Part shown: in pieces, positions 33,228 through 43,250 of the stretch
Numbering within the stretch: the stretch's first letter is position 1
How the letters are laid out: each line of letters opens with the position of its first letter
DNA from: an uncultured Pelagibacteraceae bacterium
GTDB taxonomy: Bacteria > Pseudomonadota > Alphaproteobacteria > Pelagibacterales > Pelagibacteraceae
Assembly (NCBI GenBank): GCA_902595885.1
Contig: CACJRQ010000003.1
Location: 12,679-76,678, forward strand
DNA: 64,000 nucleotides
Reading direction: 5' to 3'
Translations under genes and position numbers: made by a program
Notes under the pieces: generated by a model
The model's database searches: none
Told to the model about the DNA's origin: nothing
Seen by the model: only the letters and a program-made list of their open reading frames with translations

Positions 33228-34304
33228 ATGAGAATATGCATACTTGGATCTGGATTATCAGCTTTAACTTTAGCAAAAGCTCTAGTTAATGAAAATATTT
33301 GTGTTGATATAGTTTTTTCAAAAAAAAAATTTAACATTAATAAATCAAGAACTTTAGGTATTTCAAAAAGTAATGTTGAATATTTTAACAAGAATATAAA
33401 AAATATTGAAAATATTATTTGGAAATTAAAAAAAATAGAAATTTATAGTGACAATTTGAAAAATGAAAAAATATTAAACTTTGCAAATAACAATGATCAG
33501 CTTTTTTCAATTATAAAAAATTTTAAGCTTTTTGATATACTTAATAAAAGTTTATCTAGTAATAAGTATTGTAAAAAAATAACTTTTCCCCCAAAAAAAA
33601 TTGATTTCAATAGCTATAATCTTGTTATAAATACTGATTATTCTAATTTTTTGTCAAAAAAATTTTTTAATAAAAAAATTGTTAAAATTTATAACAGTCT
33701 GGCTTACTCAACTATTATAAAACATGAAAAAATAATTAATGATACTGCAATTCAAATATTTACTAAAAAGGGTCCTTTAGCTTTTTTACCAATTTCAAAT
33801 AATGAAACTTCAATAGTATATTCTATTCACAATTCAAAAGATCAAAAAAAACATGATATTAACAAATTAATTCAAGAATATAACCCTAAGTATAAGCTCA
33901 AAAAAATTGAAAAGTCAGAATTTTTAGAATTAAAATCTTTTCATTTAAGATCTTATCATAATGGTAATATTTTAGCATTTGGAGATTTATTGCATAGACT
34001 ACATCCGCTTGCTGGGCAAGGTTTTAATATGACAATAAGGGATGTTAAATTTTTGATTGATATAATTAAAGAAAAAATTGAATTAGGATTGCCTCTTGAT
34101 AGCTCTGTAAACTTTGAATTTGAAAAAAAACTAAGACATAAAAATTTTATTTTTTCAACCAGCATAGATTTTGTTCATGAGTTTTTTAATTTGGAGAGAA
34201 AATTTAAAAATAATTTGTTAAGTAAATCTGTACAAATATTAGGAAATAATAATTCTTTAAATAATTTTTTTACAAAAGTAGCTGATAGAGGAATAATATT
34301 TTAA
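33228..34304 (+). CDS. UbiH/COQ6-family FAD-dependent hydroxylase
   Basis: ICILGSGLSA Rossmann start, GPLAFLP, FGDLLHRLHPLAGQGFN; ATG at 33228. Confidence 0.82.
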   Translation: MRICILGSGLSALTLAKALVNENICVDIVFSKKKFNINKSRTLGISKSNVEYFNKNIKNIENIIWKLKKIEIYSDNLKNEKILNFANNNDQLFSIIKNFKLFDILNKSLSSNKYCKKITFPPKKIDFNSYNLVINTDYSNFLSKKFFNKKIVKIYNSLAYSTIIKHEKIINDTAIQIFTKKGPLAFLPISNNETSIVYSIHNSKDQKKHDINKLIQEYNPKYKLKKIEKSEFLELKSFHLRSYHNGNILAFGDLLHRLHPLAGQGFNMTIRDVKFLIDIIKEKIELGLPLDSSVNFEFEKKLRHKNFIFSTSIDFVHEFFNLERKFKNNLLSKSVQILGNNNSLNNFFTKVADRGIIF

Positions 34305-34949
34305 TTATTGTATTGTTGTATTATTAAAATCATCAAAGTTGTATGTACTTAGAATTTGAGAAATTCTCTCTTTTCTTATGTCTAAATTTTCCGCCTCCAA
34401 CAAAATTTGTTTTTCTTCCAATGAAAATGGAGAAGCCATAGCAAGTGCATTTATTGTTTCCCCCAGGCTCTGTTTTTCTAATGCCTTCCAATTTATTATA
34501 AAACCTTTTTTTTCAAATAATGATTTTAAATCTTTAAAAATCAATTCAAGATCAGAAAATTTTAATTTTTCTTTTGTCTCAGCTAAATCCTCAATATAAC
34601 TATCAAAATTAACTTCTAGGACTCTATATTTACGATCTGTATTAACTTCTTTCTTTGTCTGAAACCTAATCAACCCCTTAAGTTCAATTAGGAATCTTCC
34701 ATCTTCAGTTTCTCTAAAACTTGTGATTTTCCCTAAACAACCAACATCATGTAATTCAGGATTAATCTTTTTAACATTTGAAGCTTTAGGCTGGATCATA
34801 CCAATCATTTTATTTGATTTCATACTATCATTTATCATTTCAATATATCTTGGCTCGAAAATATTTAGAGGAACAGTTGTTTTTGGAAAAAGAATAAAAT
34901 TACTTAAAGGGAATATAGGGATTGTATTTGGAAGGTTAACTTTATTCAT
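34305..34949 (-). CDS. Stand-alone LON substrate-binding (N-terminal) domain protein
   Basis: IPIFPL, PLNIFEPRYIEM, VGCLGKI, EKQILLEA; no AAA+ or protease domain. Confidence 0.88.
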   Translation of the reverse strand: MNKVNLPNTIPIFPLSNFILFPKTTVPLNIFEPRYIEMINDSMKSNKMIGMIQPKASNVKKINPELHDVGCLGKITSFRETEDGRFLIELKGLIRFQTKKEVNTDRKYRVLEVNFDSYIEDLAETKEKLKFSDLELIFKDLKSLFEKKGFIINWKALEKQSLGETINALAMASPFSLEEKQILLEAENLDIRKERISQILSTYNFDDFNNTTIQ

Positions 34950-35085
34950 AAATTTAGATTATACCATTTATAATTTTTGATAATATTTAAGTTTGTCACA
35001 AAGCTAAATTATTTATTATATATTAAATTATATTGACACTTGCTTAATGACTAAAAAGCCACTACTTTGAATGCTTATAGAACAA

Positions 35086-35160
35086 GCGGGCATAGCTCAG
35101 TGGTAGAGCGTCTCGTTGCCAACGAGAAGGTCGAGGGTTCGACCCCCTTTGCCCGCTCCA
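35086..35160 (+). tRNA. tRNA-Gly (anticodon GCC)
   Basis: 75-nt cloverleaf: acceptor GCGGGCA/TGCCCGC, D-arm GCTC/GAGC, anticodon arm TCTCG-TTGCCAA-CGAGA, T-loop TTCGACC, encoded CCA. Confidence 0.97.
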
Positions 35161-35216
35161 AAAATACTGCATGTGAATATTTTATTGTTGTTTTATTGAG
35201 ACTATATTTAAATTAA

Positions 35217-36419
35217 ATGAAGGAAAAAATTAAATTAAATATTAAACAAGTATTTGATTTGGCATTTCAAAATCAGAGTAAAAAAAAATTTGATTTGGCT
35301 AAAAAACTTTATGAAAAAGTTATCGAGATAGATCCAAATATTATAAACGCTCAGTTTAACTTGGGAATTATATATGAGGAATTAAATGAAGTTGAAAATG
35401 CAATTAAATGTTATGAGAAGACAATTCAAATAGATCCTTTGTTTATTAAATCTTATAATAATCTAGGATTGATTTATGTTGATTTAGGAAACTATAAAAA
35501 AGCAATTAATTATTTTATTTTAGCTTTAAAGAAAAATTCTGAATATGAAAATATCATTATAAATTTAATAAATGCTCTCACTCATTATTCGCCCAACATA
35601 GATCATCCAATAATAGATGCTGATAAAAATATTAAACAATTGGGTAACATCATAATATTAGACGATTTACTTGATAAGAATAAATTAAAAATTTTTTTTG
35701 AAGACATAAATAAAATTAAAAGTAAAATTGAAAACAAAATTTTAAATTTTTCAAATTCTCAAGTTTTTAGAAGAAATTCTATAAATTATAATTGCGAACG
35801 ACATCATGATGTATTTAATAAATTTAATATTATTCCAAGATCTTGTTTTGATTGTTTTAAAATTCAAATTGAACCAGCTAATGTAGTAGAATTAATTAAA
35901 TTATCTTTCATTTTTGATAGATTTCAATTTCCAAATAATAATTGGAGAAAATGTATGATAGAGTTGAGGCCAAGTGTATCTGGAACTTATAAAGGACTTA
36001 TATATTGTAATAGCTATAAAGAAATGGATAAAATTTTAAAAGATATCTCTCCAATTCTAAAAAAATATTTAAAATATAAAATAATTACAAAAAGAGGTTG
36101 TTCTGAATTTTATAAATCGTACCCGAATTACAAAATTGTAGATGAAAATAATAGTGATCACATGGGTTATGATCTAAATTGGAAAAAATTAGAGATTGAA
36201 GCAGATTTAAAAAGAAATTCTAAAGAATTAAAGTTAATAAGTTCACTTTCAGGCCTATCATTATCTGATGTTTTAACTATGAACCAATGGTTAAATTATG
36301 CTAATTTAATTGAAGACAAATCATACTACGATATTGGATTAGAACCATCATATTCTGAGTTTATTCATAAAAAAATGTCACACCAAACTGAGTTTCGTAG
36401 AAAGCAGTTTTTGTGTTAA
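35217..36419 (+). CDS. TPR-repeat protein with an uncharacterised Cys/His-containing C-terminal domain
   Basis: About three TPRs (AQFNLGIIY, SYNNLGLIY), then NCERHH...SCFDCFK...KCMIELR...KRGCSEF. Confidence 0.75.
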   Translation: MKEKIKLNIKQVFDLAFQNQSKKKFDLAKKLYEKVIEIDPNIINAQFNLGIIYEELNEVENAIKCYEKTIQIDPLFIKSYNNLGLIYVDLGNYKKAINYFILALKKNSEYENIIINLINALTHYSPNIDHPIIDADKNIKQLGNIIILDDLLDKNKLKIFFEDINKIKSKIENKILNFSNSQVFRRNSINYNCERHHDVFNKFNIIPRSCFDCFKIQIEPANVVELIKLSFIFDRFQFPNNNWRKCMIELRPSVSGTYKGLIYCNSYKEMDKILKDISPILKKYLKYKIITKRGCSEFYKSYPNYKIVDENNSDHMGYDLNWKKLEIEADLKRNSKELKLISSLSGLSLSDVLTMNQWLNYANLIEDKSYYDIGLEPSYSEFIHKKMSHQTEFRRKQFLC

Positions 36420-36428
36420 GTATTAAGT

Positions 36429-36773
36429 ATGTCTGATCTTAGTGAAAAAAAATGTGTTCCGTGCGAAGGTAATATTCCTCCATTTAATATAGAAGAAATT
36501 CATACATATTTAAAAAAAATTGATGGATGGGAAGTTCAAGAGGATACATTAGATGGATATCATCTAATAAAGAATTTTAAATTTGACAATTTTTTGCAAA
36601 GTCAAAAATTTGTAAACAGGGTTGGAGAAATAGCTGAGACAGAAGGTCATCACCCTGATTTATGGTTTGGTTGGGGTTATGCAAGAATCAAAATATTTAC
36701 ACATGCAATTAAAGGTCTGGCAGAGAGTGATTTTATTCTTGCAGCAAAAATAGATAAAATATCTAATGTCTAA
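36429..36773 (+). CDS. phhB: Pterin-4-alpha-carbinolamine dehydratase
   Basis: CVPCEG, AETEGHHPD, THAIKGLAESDFILAAKID. Confidence 0.93.
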   Translation: MSDLSEKKCVPCEGNIPPFNIEEIHTYLKKIDGWEVQEDTLDGYHLIKNFKFDNFLQSQKFVNRVGEIAETEGHHPDLWFGWGYARIKIFTHAIKGLAESDFILAAKIDKISNV

Positions 36774-38301
36774 AGTGTCTCGTCTTTGAAAAAAGTAGCA
36801 CTGTACCAGTTTCGTTTGCAAACTTAATTATTTCCTTATCTCTTATTGATCCAGATGGTTGAACTACTGCTTTAACACCGGATTGTACTAATTTCTCAAT
36901 ACCATCCACAAAAGGAAAGAATGCATCTGAGGCAGCAACTAAATTATCATTCTGGAGATTAAATTTTTTCATTTTATTTATTGCTATTTGACAACTATCT
37001 AATCTGCTCGGTTGACCAGAGCCAATACCAACAGTGGTTTCGTTTGATGCTAACACTATTGCGTTTGATTTGACATACCTACATACATTGAAAGCAAAAA
37101 TAAGATCTTTAAGTTGTTTTGATGTTGGTTTTCGTTTTGAAACGATTTTAAAATTTTTAGATGAAAATAAATTTAAGTCCTCTGATTGTATCATTATATT
37201 TTGGTTGAATGATAAAAATTTAAGAAGTTCTTCCGTTGAGTAATTTGTTCCGTCAATTAGTCTTAAGTTTTTTTTAGCTTTTAATATTTTGATAGCACTA
37301 CTTTCAAATCCATTGGCAATAATTACTTCTAAAAATAATTTATTTAATTCTAAAGCTAAATTTTTAGTAATTTTAAAATTGCAAGAAACTATTCCACCAA
37401 AAGCACTTATGGGATCACAAGAAAGAGCAGATTTATAACTCTCTAAATGATCATTTTTAGTAGAAACACCACATGGATTTGCATGTTTAACTATGACTGT
37501 TCCTTTACCCTTTGGTAAAGATCTTGAAATAGTTAAAGCACTAAATATGTCATTATAATTGTTATAACTTAGTTGTTTTCCATGAATTTGTTTTAAATTT
37601 GTGTTCGAACTATTTGAATACATTGCACTTTGTTGATGAGGATTTTCTCCATATCTAAGTTGTTCTATAAGATTTCCATGTAAAATTTTTTTCTTAGGGA
37701 AAATAGTATTTGTTTTTTTATTGAAATAGTCAGAAATAACAGAGTCATAATAAGCTGTTTCAGTAAAAGCTATCCTTGATAGCTTTTCCCTAAAACTTAA
37801 GGAAGTAGATCCTTTGAACTTTTTTAATTCTTCAATTAATTCCTTATACTGGTCTGAAGAAGTAATTACAGTCACATCATTATAGTTTTTGGCTGCAGAC
37901 CTAACCATTGTAGGACCACCCACATCTATATTTTCTATAATTTTTTTATGGTTTTTTGTTTTTTTAAGAGTGTTCTCAAATGGATAAAAATTAACAATGA
38001 CTAAATCAATATTCTCAAAACCATTATTTTTTAGGTCTTTAAAGTGAGATTTTTTTTCTCTTTTATTTAGAATACCAGCATGAATTTTAGGATGAAGAGT
38101 TTTTACTCTGCCTTCTAAAATCTCAGGAGAATTAGTAAATTTAGAAACCTCTAAACACTTAAATTTTAATTTTATAATTTCTTTATAGGTTCCACCTGAG
38201 CTGATTATTTTTATTTTGTTTTTTTTTAAAATATTTAATAAAGGTTTTAAGTTTTTTTTGTCAGATACAGAAATTAGGGCTGTTTTAATTTTTCTATTCA
38301 T
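36763..38301 (-). CDS. purH: Bifunctional AICAR transformylase / IMP cyclohydrolase
   Basis: ALISVSDK, GRVKTLHP, LRYGENPHQ, KHANPCG, ASDAFFPF, RHFRH. Confidence 0.98.
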   Translation of the reverse strand: MNRKIKTALISVSDKKNLKPLLNILKKNKIKIISSGGTYKEIIKLKFKCLEVSKFTNSPEILEGRVKTLHPKIHAGILNKREKKSHFKDLKNNGFENIDLVIVNFYPFENTLKKTKNHKKIIENIDVGGPTMVRSAAKNYNDVTVITSSDQYKELIEELKKFKGSTSLSFREKLSRIAFTETAYYDSVISDYFNKKTNTIFPKKKILHGNLIEQLRYGENPHQQSAMYSNSSNTNLKQIHGKQLSYNNYNDIFSALTISRSLPKGKGTVIVKHANPCGVSTKNDHLESYKSALSCDPISAFGGIVSCNFKITKNLALELNKLFLEVIIANGFESSAIKILKAKKNLRLIDGTNYSTEELLKFLSFNQNIMIQSEDLNLFSSKNFKIVSKRKPTSKQLKDLIFAFNVCRYVKSNAIVLASNETTVGIGSGQPSRLDSCQIAINKMKKFNLQNDNLVAASDAFFPFVDGIEKLVQSGVKAVVQPSGSIRDKEIIKFANETGTVLLFSKTRHFRH

Positions 38302-39926
38302 TTTAATTTACTGATCTCCCATTTTATAACCTGCTCTTTTTCATTGTTCATGCCTGAGATAAAAATATTTTGGTTTTCTTTATATGAATTTTTATTACCG
38401 AAATATAAACCATTATCAATATTAATCTCAAATTTATCACAACTAAATTTCCAACCTTCCTCATCTAAATCAATTAATATAGATTTGTTATCTTGTGTTT
38501 TCATCACTTTTGAGTTTGGATTAAGATGAAATCTAATATCAAATTTAATTTCTTTATTTGAACTTTTTCTAAATAACTTATCATAGCCAATAAATTTCAT
38601 TTGTTCTGGATAGAACTCAATTTCTCTCTCATAAATGGTTCCAAATTTAATTAAATAGCCATCATGTGCACCTGATACTTTCCAATAATTATTTTCAAAA
38701 ACTACATTTTTTTTTGATACTTTCAGTCCTTTATCAATAATCAAATTTTTTTGATGCTTAGTAAAATTACAAGAAGAATAATCCTCAATTGTTAAAGAGC
38801 AATGTAGTGAGGTACTTCTTGATAATTTATTAAATTTATTATTTCTATCTGAGTAATAACCAGCATTAGAAAATAATTTTTTATCATTTGAAAATATTTC
38901 AAATGATAAGGCACCCGCTTGATAGTCGTTGGAAAAAGTTTTGTTAGGACTAGAACCTATATCGGCAGCGAGAATTATTTTTTTATTTTTAAGTATTGCG
39001 TATCCACCAAGTTCAGTGACTTGACTCTTAAAAGTATAACCAAACCTTTTTAAATATTGATCAAATTCTTTATTTTCAGAAGAGTAATTACCATTAAAAA
39101 AAATATCTTGTTTTATATTTTGCCAGATGAAAGCATAACTTGATCCTAAATAATAAATAGTCTCATCAATATATTCAGGAATTAAACTCTGAGATTCTTT
39201 GAACCACTCTCTTATAATTATAAAGTATTTTAAATAAAATATTAATTGCTTTATATTTCTTGATTTTGGAAAACCTTGATTATCGATTGAAGATTTAATT
39301 ATATTTTTTAATAAATTTAATCCATTTACAAGATATTGTTTTTCATTTTTATAAGCTAATCCAGTTAAAATAATTGCAGCGCACCCAATCATCTTATTTT
39401 CTATTTCTTGTGAGTTTTTGATTTCATTTAACAAATGATTAGTTTGTTTTTGAATCATATGATCAAAAGTAGATCTGTATTCTTGATCACTATCTTCATA
39501 AGTGAGCTTATGATTTGATAACCATGAAATAATTCTCTTTGCTGTTAAATCAAATTCCCAACTTTTTTTTTGAAATTTATTGTTATTTGAAATCCAATTT
39601 TTAATGACTTTTTGTGTAGTTTTTTTGGAAGATTTTAAATCTAAGCTAAAAAACCAAAAAAAATTATTTAATTTTTCATAATCTTTTGAGCTTAAATTAT
39701 TTTGCCAAATTGACTCGATAGCAAAATCTTCAATTTTATATTTTTTACTTTGATATTTAATTATAGATGAAAGTAAATGAGGACTAGGTTTGTATTCAAA
39801 ACTATTTTCAAAAGTTTTTGATATTTTTTTTTCATAAAAATTTGAATTTTGATAAATTGACTTAAAACTTCCTTTTATATTAAAATAAAATTGACCTAAA
39901 ATGCCTAAGGAATTTGTATTAATCAT
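38298..39926 (-). CDS. Heparinase II/III-like protein
   Basis: AKRIISWL, AGALSFE, GAHDGY, IRFHL; conserved alphaproteobacterial neighbour of purH. Confidence 0.78.
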   Translation of the reverse strand: MINTNSLGILGQFYFNIKGSFKSIYQNSNFYEKKISKTFENSFEYKPSPHLLSSIIKYQSKKYKIEDFAIESIWQNNLSSKDYEKLNNFFWFFSLDLKSSKKTTQKVIKNWISNNNKFQKKSWEFDLTAKRIISWLSNHKLTYEDSDQEYRSTFDHMIQKQTNHLLNEIKNSQEIENKMIGCAAIILTGLAYKNEKQYLVNGLNLLKNIIKSSIDNQGFPKSRNIKQLIFYLKYFIIIREWFKESQSLIPEYIDETIYYLGSSYAFIWQNIKQDIFFNGNYSSENKEFDQYLKRFGYTFKSQVTELGGYAILKNKKIILAADIGSSPNKTFSNDYQAGALSFEIFSNDKKLFSNAGYYSDRNNKFNKLSRSTSLHCSLTIEDYSSCNFTKHQKNLIIDKGLKVSKKNVVFENNYWKVSGAHDGYLIKFGTIYEREIEFYPEQMKFIGYDKLFRKSSNKEIKFDIRFHLNPNSKVMKTQDNKSILIDLDEEGWKFSCDKFEINIDNGLYFGNKNSYKENQNIFISGMNNEKEQVIKWEISKLK

Positions 39927-39930
39927 TAAC

Positions 39931-40590
39931 TTATTTTAATTTTAATAAATTAATATTTTTCTTTATATCTCCATCATTACTTTTGAATACAGTAGTACCT
40001 GAAACAAGAATGTTAGCACCAGCGTCAATTGCACTTTTGCAATTATCAAAATTGATACCGCCATCAATTTCTATGTCAAAATCTATCTTTTTTTGCTCTC
40101 TTATTTTCTTTAGATCTTTAATTTTATTTAAAACTTCTGGCATAAATTTTTGACCTCCAAACCCAGGATTTACACTCATAATTAAAATTAAATCTATTTG
40201 GTCTAATAAATTTATAATTAAATCAATTTTGGTTTCAGGATTAAGTGAAACTCCAACTTTTTTATTTTTTTCTCTTATTTTTTTAATAGAATTTTCTAAA
40301 TTATCAGTTGCCTCAGGATGAATAGTAATTATGTCTGCTCCCGCATCAGCGTAAGCATCTATATATTTATGCACTGGTGTTATCATTAAATGAACGTCAA
40401 ATTTTAATGAACAATGTTTTCGAAGAGCTTTAATTACAGGTGGCCCTATAGTTAAATTAGGAACAAAATGACCATCCATTACATCTACATGAATCATATC
40501 AGCACCGCCTTCTTCGAGTCTTTTAATTTCTGAACCTAATTGACTAAAGTCAGCTGATAAAATTGATGGTGAAATTTGTATATTTTTCAT
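39931..40590 (-). CDS. rpe: Ribulose-phosphate 3-epimerase
   Basis: SPSILSADF, HVDVMDGHFVPN, MSVNPGFGGQ, IDGGI. Confidence 0.98.
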   Translation of the reverse strand: MKNIQISPSILSADFSQLGSEIKRLEEGGADMIHVDVMDGHFVPNLTIGPPVIKALRKHCSLKFDVHLMITPVHKYIDAYADAGADIITIHPEATDNLENSIKKIREKNKKVGVSLNPETKIDLIINLLDQIDLILIMSVNPGFGGQKFMPEVLNKIKDLKKIREQKKIDFDIEIDGGINFDNCKSAIDAGANILVSGTTVFKSNDGDIKKNINLLKLK

Positions 40591-40624
40591 TGATTGCTAG
40601 ATTAACTAGTATCAATTTTAAAAA

Positions 40625-40975
40625 TTAAAATGAATTAAAAAATTGATAAATTTGTCTAGAAATTTCACTCTCCAAAGGAAATGACAACATTCCCATCACT
40701 GAATAGCCTAATATCCAAGGCATTAGATAAAATCTAATCATGTAGAAAAACCAAGCAACATACAAGGGTACCAATGGTCCAATGATAAATGAGGGTGTTA
40801 TTGGTTTAAATAATTTTATAAGAGGATTGGTGTATTTTACAAATACTCTCATGAAAAAAAACTGGGAGTCTTCTCTTTGAAAAATATTCATTGCTACCCT
40901 TCCAATAAGAGTCCACATGATGATCCCAAGCAAATAATCAATAAAATATATTAAAGGATGAAAATTTGCTGACAT
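40625..40975 (-). CDS. Small membrane protein, divergent YggT-like
   Basis: Hydrophobic helices flanking FVKYTNPLIKLFKPITP, which resembles the YggT T.P.....R...P motif. Confidence 0.6.
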   Translation of the reverse strand: MSANFHPLIYFIDYLLGIIMWTLIGRVAMNIFQREDSQFFFMRVFVKYTNPLIKLFKPITPSFIIGPLVPLYVAWFFYMIRFYLMPWILGYSVMGMLSFPLESEISRQIYQFFNSF

Positions 40976-41006
40976 TTAAAATTTATATTGGAAAATTAAT
41001 TGAAAT

Positions 41007-41033
41007 AAAAGGGGCGAAATTAATCGCCCCTTT
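41007..41033 (-). terminator. Intrinsic terminator of the DUF4212-symporter operon
   Basis: AAAGGGGCGA-AATTAA-TCGCCCCTTT hairpin 10 nt after the symporter stop codon. Confidence 0.85.
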
Positions 41034-41043
41034 AAAAGATTAT

Positions 41044-42855
41044 TTAGTGTGATCTACCAAGAATTGATTTACCACTCGGTACACGTACATCATCAACCAT
41101 TTTTTGAGTAGCTTTATCTGGTTCTGCAGTCATTAAACTAACTACAACCATTAAAACTAAACTAACAGCTGATCCGAAGATACCAAATGTTAACTGTGTA
41201 ATTCCTAGGAATCCACTTCCACCAGTTCGTACCCAAACTAAGTACCAAGCACCAGCGGCTAGACCACCTAGCATACCAGCAATCGCACCTTGTCTATTAG
41301 CTCTCTTCCACCATACACCAAGTACAAGTGGGAAGAACAATCCAGACATCGCAAAATCAAAAGCCCAGATAACTGAACCTAAGATTCCTTGAATCTCCAT
41401 TGCTGCAATAGTTGCTCCAGCAAAACCAATTACTACAAGTAATACCCTTGCAACAAGTAGTCTTTTTGCAGTTTCCGCTTTTGGATCAATGATCTTATAG
41501 TAAACATCATGTGATATAGCGTTCGCAATCGCCAGAATCAAACCATCGGCAGTAGACATGGCAGCTGCCATACCTCCTGCAGCAACTAGACCTGAAATTA
41601 CATAAGGTAATCCAGCTATCTCTGGTGTTGCTAATACAACGGCTTTACCACCCATGAAGAACTCGTTTAATTCAAGAGTTCCATTTCCGTTAAAGTCGCT
41701 GATAAACATTAGGTTTGCTTGGTTCCAGTTTTGGTACCAATCTATCGCTTCCACTTCTGCAAATGTCTTACCGATAATACCAGTTGGTAAATTCGGGTCG
41801 ATCAATGATAACTTAGATAATGTAGCTAACATTGGAGCAGAAGAATAAAGTAGGAAGATAAAGAATAATGACCAACCTACTGATTTTCTAGCTGCTTTTA
41901 CACTCGGAGTAGTAAAGTATCTCATCATCACGTGCGGTAATGAAGCTGTTCCCATCATCATCGCTAATGCTAATGAAATAAATGCCCAAGGTGTAGCGTT
42001 CACTGCAGAGTGAGCTTTAGTTATTCCTGCTAAGCCTTTAGGTACTGTTTTTAGATCAGCAGCTGCGTTTTTAACAAAACCGAACTGTTGTTCTAATTCA
42101 CCAATTCTAGCAACCTCATCAGCTAACATAAAGTGAGGGAAGAAACCCGCACCCATTTTGTTACTGATCCAGAATACTGGAAGTAGGTATGCTATAATTA
42201 GTACGATATATTGTGCAACCTGTGTCCAAGTTACCCCTCTCATACCACCTAACATTGAACATAATAAAATACTTATTAGTCCAACATAAACTGCGTATTG
42301 GAATGGGATATCTAGTGCAACAGATGCAATAGTACCTGTAGCGTTAATTTGTGCAGTCACATAAGTAAATGAAGCAACAGTTAAAACGACCACTGCGCTA
42401 AATCTTGCTAAATTACCACCGTATCTCGTACCTATAAAATCTGGAACTGTATAACAGCCAAATTTTCTTAGGTATGGTGCTAATAAAGATGCAACAAGCA
42501 CGTATCCACCAGTCCAACCAACAAGTAGAGCCATATAACCGTAACCTTTAAAGTAAATACCACCTGCCATAGCAACGAATGATGCACCAGACATCCAGTC
42601 TGCTGCCGTCGCCATTCCGTTGAAGACTGTTGGTACTTGCCTTCCAGCTACATAATATGCATCTGCTTGGGCTGTTCTTGATAGATAACCGATTAATGCA
42701 TAGATGAATACAGTAAATGCAACGAAAGCGATACCTATCGTTTTAGCTGTCATACCCATCTGTTCAGCAATTGCCATAATGATTATGAAACCTACAAATC
42801 CTCCTGTATAGATTCCGTAAATCTTAGGCAAATTATCTATGAAATTACCTTTCAT
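41044..42855 (-). CDS. actP: Sodium:solute symporter, ActP/VC_2705-like monocarboxylate (acetate) permease
   Basis: YYVAGR, NGMATAADWMSGASF, GGMRGVTWTQVAQY, GTASLPHVMMRYFT; paired with DUF4212 and close to acs. Confidence 0.85.
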   Translation of the reverse strand: MKGNFIDNLPKIYGIYTGGFVGFIIIMAIAEQMGMTAKTIGIAFVAFTVFIYALIGYLSRTAQADAYYVAGRQVPTVFNGMATAADWMSGASFVAMAGGIYFKGYGYMALLVGWTGGYVLVASLLAPYLRKFGCYTVPDFIGTRYGGNLARFSAVVVLTVASFTYVTAQINATGTIASVALDIPFQYAVYVGLISILLCSMLGGMRGVTWTQVAQYIVLIIAYLLPVFWISNKMGAGFFPHFMLADEVARIGELEQQFGFVKNAAADLKTVPKGLAGITKAHSAVNATPWAFISLALAMMMGTASLPHVMMRYFTTPSVKAARKSVGWSLFFIFLLYSSAPMLATLSKLSLIDPNLPTGIIGKTFAEVEAIDWYQNWNQANLMFISDFNGNGTLELNEFFMGGKAVVLATPEIAGLPYVISGLVAAGGMAAAMSTADGLILAIANAISHDVYYKIIDPKAETAKRLLVARVLLVVIGFAGATIAAMEIQGILGSVIWAFDFAMSGLFFPLVLGVWWKRANRQGAIAGMLGGLAAGAWYLVWVRTGGSGFLGITQLTFGIFGSAVSLVLMVVVSLMTAEPDKATQKMVDDVRVPSGKSILGRSH

Positions 42856-43115
42856 TATTCGTCCTCTCTTTCGCTAAAGCCGAACTCTTCATCGATTTTT
42901 TCCTGTCTGTTCGCAAACCAGAAAATTAAGATTACGAAAGCACCAAGAGATCCCTGACAAGTAAACCAATATGTCCATGGATAACCGAAAGGTCCTGTGA
43001 CCTCGTTCATTTCAGCTCCAAAGAGAAAGATGCCAATTGAGAAAACAAACCAGATTGCCAGTGTTATAAATAGCAATCCCCTGGTTTTTTCCCAGTGTTT
43101 TTGTTGATTTGACAT
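42855..43115 (-). CDS. DUF4212-family small membrane subunit of the symporter
   Basis: HWEKT...LAIWFVFS...GYPWTYWF..QGS...FVILIF; stop overlaps the symporter start. Confidence 0.85.
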   Translation of the reverse strand: MSNQQKHWEKTRGLLFITLAIWFVFSIGIFLFGAEMNEVTGPFGYPWTYWFTCQGSLGAFVILIFWFANRQEKIDEEFGFSEREDE

Positions 43116-43177
43116 TTATACCTCTCTATTTAGTTATAACTGGTTGAAACCATAACCATTATGAGGGTTTTGAAAAG

Positions 43178-43200
43178 ACCTAAAATTCACCATTTTAGGT
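43178..43200. promoter_or_regulatory. Perfect 9-bp inverted repeat, candidate operator
   Basis: ACCTAAAAT-TCACC-ATTTTAGGT in the divergent spacer upstream of DUF4212-actP. Confidence 0.45.
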
Positions 43201-43250
43201 ACTTATTTACTTACTTTTTTAAGATATAATTGGCGCACTTACAAATTAAC

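Noticed and set aside
34305-34949. Truncated Lon protease as a pseudogene
   Set aside because: Stand-alone LON N-domain proteins of about 215 aa are a normal alphaproteobacterial family, and the ORF is intact.
35086-36773. Prophage or integrative island at tRNA-Gly
   Set aside because: No integrase, no phage genes and no duplicated tRNA 3' end (att repeat) were seen; core genes resume within 1.6 kb.
38298-39926. Heparinase-like gene as evidence of glycosaminoglycan catabolism linked to the sulfotransferases
   Set aside because: It is a conserved alphaproteobacterial neighbour of purH with no signal peptide, lies 23 kb from the sulfotransferases, and has no sugar transporters or sulfatases nearby.
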